Assembly: GCA_045661265.1 (NCBI GenBank)
Contig: JAZRFG010000100.1
Coordinates: 1-36,234 of the forward strand
Length of the DNA: 36,234 bases
From: Eubacteriales bacterium
GTDB lineage: Bacteria > Bacillota > Clostridia > Oscillospirales > CAG-272
Direction of reading: 5' to 3'
The position numbers and the translations under genes are program-made. This document shows, in pieces, positions 33,414 through 36,234 of this stretch (its first letter is position 1; each line of letters begins with the position of its first letter). Under the pieces are notes generated by a model. That model searched no databases and was not told the DNA's origin. It saw only the letters and a program-made list of their open reading frames with translations.

Positions 33414-33890
33414 TTGAAACTGAAAAAATCACATATCTTTTTTATCAGTTATTATGCCGCAGCGATCCTCGGCAACGTGCTTGCCGCTGTTTTGCTGCGC
33501 GAGCAATGGAATTTTAATGCTTGGTCTGCGTTTCCGATTGGGTATGTTATATTCTCAATTTTTATGATCTGGTATTTCCCAAGTGAACATTATAGCAATC
33601 TATGCCTGGAGCGTAGCATTCAATGGATCAAAATCTATCGAAAAGATTTTGATGAGATGAAATATCGAGCAGAAAACAATCGACAAGAAGACAAAGAAGA
33701 AACCGAGGCCGGAAATAAGTTTTTTGTGCGTATCACGCTTTTGTGTATCCCTTATTTCTTCATGTTTATTTGCTTTTTTTCTAATTTTGCCAAATTTGCT
33801 TCTTTTGTTTTTCCCTTAATTGTTTCTATATTTTCACTTCTGATATGGGTGATTTTGACAAACTCCCAAAGCGGCACGAACAAGCATTAA
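33414..33890 (+). CDS. Uncharacterised four-helix membrane protein (158 aa), TTG start, markedly low GC
   Basis: GAGGTGA SD lies 6 nt upstream of TTG 33414. Two TM helices, a highly charged loop (KIYRKDFDEMKYRAENNRQEDKEETEAGNK) and two more TM helices. A terminator follows. The composition is clearly more AT-rich than the flanking genes. Confidence 0.65.
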   Translation: MKLKKSHIFFISYYAAAILGNVLAAVLLREQWNFNAWSAFPIGYVIFSIFMIWYFPSEHYSNLCLERSIQWIKIYRKDFDEMKYRAENNRQEDKEETEAGNKFFVRITLLCIPYFFMFICFFSNFAKFASFVFPLIVSIFSLLIWVILTNSQSGTNKH

Positions 33891-33898
33891 TAAAAGGA

Positions 33899-33930
33899 AA
33901 AGCGCGACCGTCAAGGTCGCGCTCTTTTCG
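33899..33930 (+). terminator. Rho-independent terminator after the low-GC membrane protein gene
   Basis: Stem AGCGCGACC (33901-33909) / GGTCGCGCT (33915-33923) followed by CTTTTCGTT. Confidence 0.8.
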
Positions 33931-33968
33931 TTATACAAAAATCCCCCGCGACAGAAAATCGCGGGGGA
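33930..33968 (-). terminator. Rho-independent terminator after the CofE-like gene
   Basis: On the - strand this reads UCCCCCGCGA, a 7-nt loop, then UCGCGGGGGA, followed by UUUUUG. Confidence 0.85.
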
Positions 33969-33975
33969 AAGGTCG

Positions 33976-35160
33976 TTACTCGGTAACGTAGTTGTCGAAA
34001 TAACCTTGAATATAGACAATAGGCGTGCCCTTATCACCCGAGCCCGATGTCAGGTCGCAAAGCGAGCCAATGAGGTCGGTAAGGCGTCTGGGGGTGGTGC
34101 CCATCTGGCCTTCCTGCTTGGTGTCCTTGTGCGCGATCTTTTCCTCGATCGCGGCGCGCAGCTCCTCGCCGGAAAGGTTGGCGAAATCGTTATCCGCCAG
34201 ATACTTGAGCTTGAGCTCGTTGGGGGTACCCTCGAGCCCCGCGGTGTAAGCGGGAGAAACGACCGGGTCGGCCAGCTCCCAGATCTTGCCCACGGGATCC
34301 TTGAACGCACCGTCGCCGTAGACCATAACCTCGATGAGCTTGCCAGTTTCCTTCAGAACACGATCCTGAATGCCCTCAACAAGACCCTGGCAGTCGCGCG
34401 GGAAAAGCTTGACCTTATCTTCGGTGGCCTTGTTAGAGCCGAGCAGACCGTACTTTTCGTTATAGCCGCTGTTACCGATGGGAGCGGACATAATGTCGTC
34501 AAGACCGTACACCTTCTTGGCGCCTGCTGCCTTGAGCAATCTCTTGGAGCGTGCGCGGGTGTGGATATCACAGCAAAGCACGTTGTCGGTGTGCGCAAGA
34601 ATGGCACGAGCGTCGTTTGCGAAAATGATCTCGCACTCCGCACCCTCGGCGCGCACGAGCTGCTCGTAGTACTCGACGTAGTCCACGCCCGTGAAGGTGT
34701 GCTTCTCAAAGCCGAAGCACTCGCGGTAGCGCTTGATGTCAAGCACGTCGCTGTAAGGATTGATGCCTGCCGCATCGATGGCGTCAAAGCTGACCAGATG
34801 GTTACCCACCTCGTCGGAGGGGTAGGAAAGCATGATGACGACCTTCTTAGCGCCTCTTGCAATACCCGTAAGGCACACAGAGAAGCGGTTACGGGAAAGG
34901 ATCGGGAAGATAATGCCGACGGTTTCGCCGCCAAACTTGTTGCGAACGTCCTCGGCGATATTGTCAATGGTGACGTAGTTTTCCTGGGCGCGGGCCACGA
35001 TGGACTCGGTCATTGCCACGATATCGCGGTTGCGGATCTCGTAACCACCGTCCTTTGCGGCTTCCATAATAGCGTCGGTGACGATGTCAACAAGGTTATC
35101 TCCACCACGGATAATGGGGGCGCGCACACCACGGGAAACAGTACCGATCATACGGCTCAT
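33976..35160 (-). CDS. Uncharacterised 394-aa protein, tentatively F420-0:gamma-glutamyl ligase (CofE)-like family
   Basis: AAGGAG SD lies 9 nt upstream of the ATG. The N-terminal pattern (RAPIIRGGDNLVDIV...IRNRDIVAMTESIVARAQ) and the later LLGSN / VYGDGAFKDP segments resemble the CofE-like ligase fold seen in many Clostridia. This assignment is from memory only. Confidence 0.45.
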   Translation of the reverse strand: MSRMIGTVSRGVRAPIIRGGDNLVDIVTDAIMEAAKDGGYEIRNRDIVAMTESIVARAQENYVTIDNIAEDVRNKFGGETVGIIFPILSRNRFSVCLTGIARGAKKVVIMLSYPSDEVGNHLVSFDAIDAAGINPYSDVLDIKRYRECFGFEKHTFTGVDYVEYYEQLVRAEGAECEIIFANDARAILAHTDNVLCCDIHTRARSKRLLKAAGAKKVYGLDDIMSAPIGNSGYNEKYGLLGSNKATEDKVKLFPRDCQGLVEGIQDRVLKETGKLIEVMVYGDGAFKDPVGKIWELADPVVSPAYTAGLEGTPNELKLKYLADNDFANLSGEELRAAIEEKIAHKDTKQEGQMGTTPRRLTDLIGSLCDLTSGSGDKGTPIVYIQGYFDNYVTE

Positions 35161-35219
35161 AAATCAACACTCCTTTTATCTGTTAAAGAACAGAAGATAA
35201 AAATTTTACCACGGATAAT

Positions 35220-35248
35220 AGTATACCAAAAAATTCGCCTTTTGTAAA
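35220..35248 (-). promoter_or_regulatory. Candidate sigma-A promoter for the CofE-like gene
   Basis: On the - strand this reads TTTACA (35248-35243), exactly 17 nt, then TATACT (35225-35220). Confidence 0.5.
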
Positions 35249-35365
35249 GTAATTTCCCTAAAAAATATTTGATTTTTTTCGTTTTTTCTATTGCGGGAAA
35301 AAGAACTGTTCCCTCTTCCGCTCTTTTTATAGGATAAAAAGAGGAGCGTTCCACCCCTGATTTTC

Positions 35366-35420
35366 GCCAAAAAACGCTCTCCCCGCCTTTCGGTGAAGAG
35401 AGCGTTTCTCTGTTTTTTCA
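35366..35420 (-). terminator. Rho-independent terminator after rhaA
   Basis: On the - strand this reads GAGAAACGCTCTC, a loop, then GAGAGCGTTTTTTGG (10-bp stem 35372-35381 / 35398-35407), followed by a U-run. Confidence 0.8.
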
Positions 35421-35439
35421 AGTAAGCAAAAGCTCCTGA

Positions 35440-36234
35440 TTATCTCTTCAGAAGGACCTCTGCCTCGTACTTCTTGACCTCGGCAAGCCACTGCTCGTCT
35501 GCGGGAACGCCGCAACGGTTGCAGAACTCCTCCCAGACCACACACTCGGGCATGGACTTGAACTCCTCGGAAAGGGCGAGCATGCTGGTGAAGTCGCCTG
35601 CATCCTGGATCTTCTTCCAGTCAGCGTGGGGGGTGAGGAGCGCGGAAAGCATCGCACGCTGCATATTGCGCATACCGACGACCCAAGCAGCCACGCGGTT
35701 GATGCTGGCATCAAAGAAGTCAAGCGCCACGGCCACGTCATTCATACGGCCACTTGCCACGATCTCCTTGGCGATCTCGCGGGTCTCATCGTCAAAGCGC
35801 ACCACGTGGTCACTATCCCAACGGACGCCGCGCGTCACGTGCAGAGCGACCTTGTCGTGGAACACGAGCATGGCGGAAAGCTTATCGGAAACCACCTCGG
35901 TGGGATGGTAGTGACCGTTGTCCATCAAGGGCACAAGACCCTTCTGGTTGACGTAGTTGAGCGTGAACTCGGCAGAGCCCACAGTGTAGGACTCAACGCC
36001 GATGCCGAACACCTTGGACTCAAGGCAGATCAGAACCTCGTTCTTGTCGAAGGGCTCGGTGAGCATCTCGTCCAGGGACTGAGCGTAGCGTGCGCGGGGG
36101 CCCATACGGTCAGCGGGTACTTCCTTGTAGCCGTCTGGGATCCAGATGTTCATGACACAGGGAATGCCGGTCTCCTTGGCGAAATAAGAAGCGATGCGGA
36201 TGCAGGCCTTGCCGTGCTCGACCCAGAACTTGCG
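35440..36234 (-). CDS. rhaA: L-rhamnose isomerase, C-terminal ~264 aa (5' end lies outside the window)
   Basis: The frame is open to the window edge. It is near-colinear with E. coli RhaA: VMNIWIPDG, ESKVFGIGVESYTVGS, GHYHPTEVVSDK, VRWDSDHVV..DDET, LDFFDASINRVAAWV. Confidence 0.95.
   Translation of the reverse strand, partial: RKFWVEHGKACIRIASYFAKETGIPCVMNIWIPDGYKEVPADRMGPRARYAQSLDEMLTEPFDKNEVLICLESKVFGIGVESYTVGSAEFTLNYVNQKGLVPLMDNGHYHPTEVVSDKLSAMLVFHDKVALHVTRGVRWDSDHVVRFDDETREIAKEIVASGRMNDVAVALDFFDASINRVAAWVVGMRNMQRAMLSALLTPHADWKKIQDAGDFTSMLALSEEFKSMPECVVWEEFCNRCGVPADEQWLAEVKKYEAEVLLKR

Noticed and set aside
1-36234. A scan for mobile elements, CRISPR arrays, tRNA or rRNA genes, integrase or transposase genes and known defence-system genes.
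   Set aside because: I recognised none. There are no spaced direct-repeat arrays, no cloverleaf-like GC-rich ~75-nt islands in the intergenic regions, and every large ORF is accounted for by housekeeping or uncharacterised membrane proteins.

Overview
GC-rich, densely packed chromosomal segment. Gene content (whiA, spoIIID, a pdaA-like deacetylase, a DUF1540 gene, the lepB-rbgA-rnhB-yraN and tig-clpP-clpX arrays) points to a spore-forming Firmicute, class Clostridia, perhaps Oscillospirales; this taxonomic call is inference only. No searches were run, so all family calls rest on motifs read in the supplied translations. Most of the window is core housekeeping. On the + strand: murB (3' end), whiA, dnaE, a class A PBP, secA, pcrA, two NodB deacetylases and a TrmH-family methyltransferase. 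On the - strand: a PHP phosphoesterase, a NodB deacetylase, mnmA, trmL, a YesL-like protein, clpX, clpP, tig, a metallophosphoesterase, thrC, yraN, rnhB, rbgA, lepB, an apgM-type phosphoglycerate-mutase-like gene, a small flavodoxin-like orphan, spoIIID, a CofE-like protein and rhaA (5' end outside the window). I found no tRNA or rRNA genes, CRISPR arrays, transposases, integrases or recognisable defence genes, so this is not an obvious accessory island. Many long ORFs in the track are antisense shadow ORFs or have spurious N-terminal extensions; I trimmed starts to ATG/GTG/TTG codons preceded by Shine-Dalgarno sequences. The best candidates for something undescribed are: (1) a cassette directly after secA with two uncharacterised polytopic membrane proteins and a 48-aa microprotein that is 71% Asn+Gln (13177-15455); (2) a roughly 435-bp A-rich, ORF-free tract with degenerate direct repeats and a perfect 11-bp inverted repeat downstream of spoIIID (31829-32264); (3) a low-GC, TTG-initiated four-helix membrane protein gene (33414-33890); (4) an apgM-like gene, the type proposed to be a non-canonical homoserine kinase, that together with thrC brackets a conserved housekeeping operon. 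All four are hypotheses that need database and expression checks.
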